NCBI GenBank assembly: GCA_023136205.1
Contig: JAGLRQ010000107.1
Location: 1-16,276 of the forward strand
Direction: 5' to 3'
From: Candidatus Auribacterota bacterium
Lineage (GTDB): Bacteria > Auribacterota > UBA6266
Length of the DNA stretch: 16,276 nucleotides
The number at the start of each line of letters is the position of its first letter. Position 1 is the first letter of the stretch. Shown piece after piece: positions 15,672 to 16,276 of this stretch. The translations under genes were made by a program, and so were the position numbers. A model generated the notes under the pieces. The model made no database searches. It saw only the letters and a list, made by a program, of their open reading frames with translations, and was not told the DNA's origin.

Positions 15672-16276
15672 AAATATTTTTCTATATATTCCCCCAGCGC
15701 TTCTTTCCAATGGCGTGTTCTGCGTCCGGTTTCCCGTTCATATTTTTCAAGCGAAAAAACTGAATAGCGGGGCCTGGCAGCCGGCCTTTTATATTCTTCG
15801 GATGAAGCAGGGTTAACACTAATCTTTCTTCCCAGCAGATTAAATATCGCAATAGCAAACTCATACCATGAACATTCCCCGCTGTTGCAGATATTAACAA
15901 CGCCTTTAAGCTGTTTTTCAACCGCGTTCAAAATAGCTTCCGCGAGATCATATGTATAAGTAGGCTTTCCTTTTTGATCACTCACTACTTTTAAAACAGA
16001 CTCATTTTGGGGGATGTCGGCTAATGTAGAAACAAAATTTTTACCGGAGGGGCCGTAAAGCCATGAAGTTCTGACTATCAGGCTGTCTTTTGCATGTGCC
16101 ATCACATTTTTTTCACCCTTGAGCTTGCTTAAACCGTACACACTAATCGGTGAAGGGGTATCTGTTTCGGTGTAGGGAGTGCCCTTTTGCCCATCAAATA
16201 TATAATCGGTGCTTATATGGATTACCCTGGCACCATATTTAGATGAGTTTACCGCGATGTTGCGGGGCCCCTCCGC
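15668..16276 (-). CDS. rmlD: dTDP-4-dehydrorhamnose reductase, partial (N-terminus beyond the right edge)
   Basis: The frame is open from base 16276: AEGPRNIAVNSSKYGARVIHISTDYIFDGQKGTPYTETDTPSPISVYGLSKLKGE... It has the RmlD signatures STDYxFDG and the catalytic YGxSKxxGE, and continues ...RTSWLYG...GKNFV...DQKGKPTYTYDLA. The M at 16141 in the track is an internal GTG (Val), not the start. Confidence 0.92.
   Translation of the reverse strand, partial: AEGPRNIAVNSSKYGARVIHISTDYIFDGQKGTPYTETDTPSPISVYGLSKLKGEKNVMAHAKDSLIVRTSWLYGPSGKNFVSTLADIPQNESVLKVVSDQKGKPTYTYDLAEAILNAVEKQLKGVVNICNSGECSWYEFAIAIFNLLGRKISVNPASSEEYKRPAARPRYSVFSLEKYERETGRRTRHWKEALGEYIEKYL

Noticed and set aside
1-16276. Mobile-element hallmarks (transposase, integrase, terminal inverted repeats, tRNA attachment site), CRISPR repeats, rRNA/tRNA genes, and toxin-antitoxin or defence-system genes.
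   Set aside because: I looked for these around the junctions (6597-6603, 8186-8425, 10430-10452, 11524-11640, 12301-12312) and across the window. No ORF or repeat pattern of these kinds was seen. The only repeat found is the GT 5' direct repeat reported above.

Overview
The window holds a single co-directional (all minus strand), tightly packed surface-glycan biosynthesis locus. At its low-coordinate end it runs into two housekeeping genes. In transcription order (high to low coordinates) the genes are:
- rmlD (partial)
- three GT-B/GT4-type glycosyltransferases
- a class I SAM methyltransferase
- a fourth glycosyltransferase
- a second class I methyltransferase
- a Wzx-like flippase
- a roughly 170-nt relic of a glycosyltransferase 5' end
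- an intact B12-binding (class B) radical SAM enzyme
- a 59-codon methyltransferase stump
- two more GT4 glycosyltransferases
- a WecA/MraY-family initiating phosphotransferase
- a Wzy_C (O-antigen ligase/polymerase family) membrane protein with a C-terminal TPR domain
- aroQ, then a partial Xaa-Pro aminopeptidase that is absent from the ORF track because it runs off the edge

By eye I found no tRNA, rRNA, CRISPR array, transposase or integrase.

The most unusual structure is the radical-SAM segment (about 6597-8237). It is bracketed by a diverged direct repeat of the first ~55 codons of the glycosyltransferase at 5484-6593, and it carries a truncated methyltransferase at its other end. I read this as a recombination scar that placed a cobalamin radical-SAM enzyme in the middle of a Wzx/Wzy-type glycan operon.

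Other points worth a second look:
- a blockwise base-composition mosaic
- an SD-preceded 27-codon sORF in the only unexplained long spacer
- the Wzy_C-TPR fusion
- several start codons in the ORF track (TTG/GTG extensions) that look wrong

All functional calls come from motif recognition in the translated ORFs. No database search was possible.
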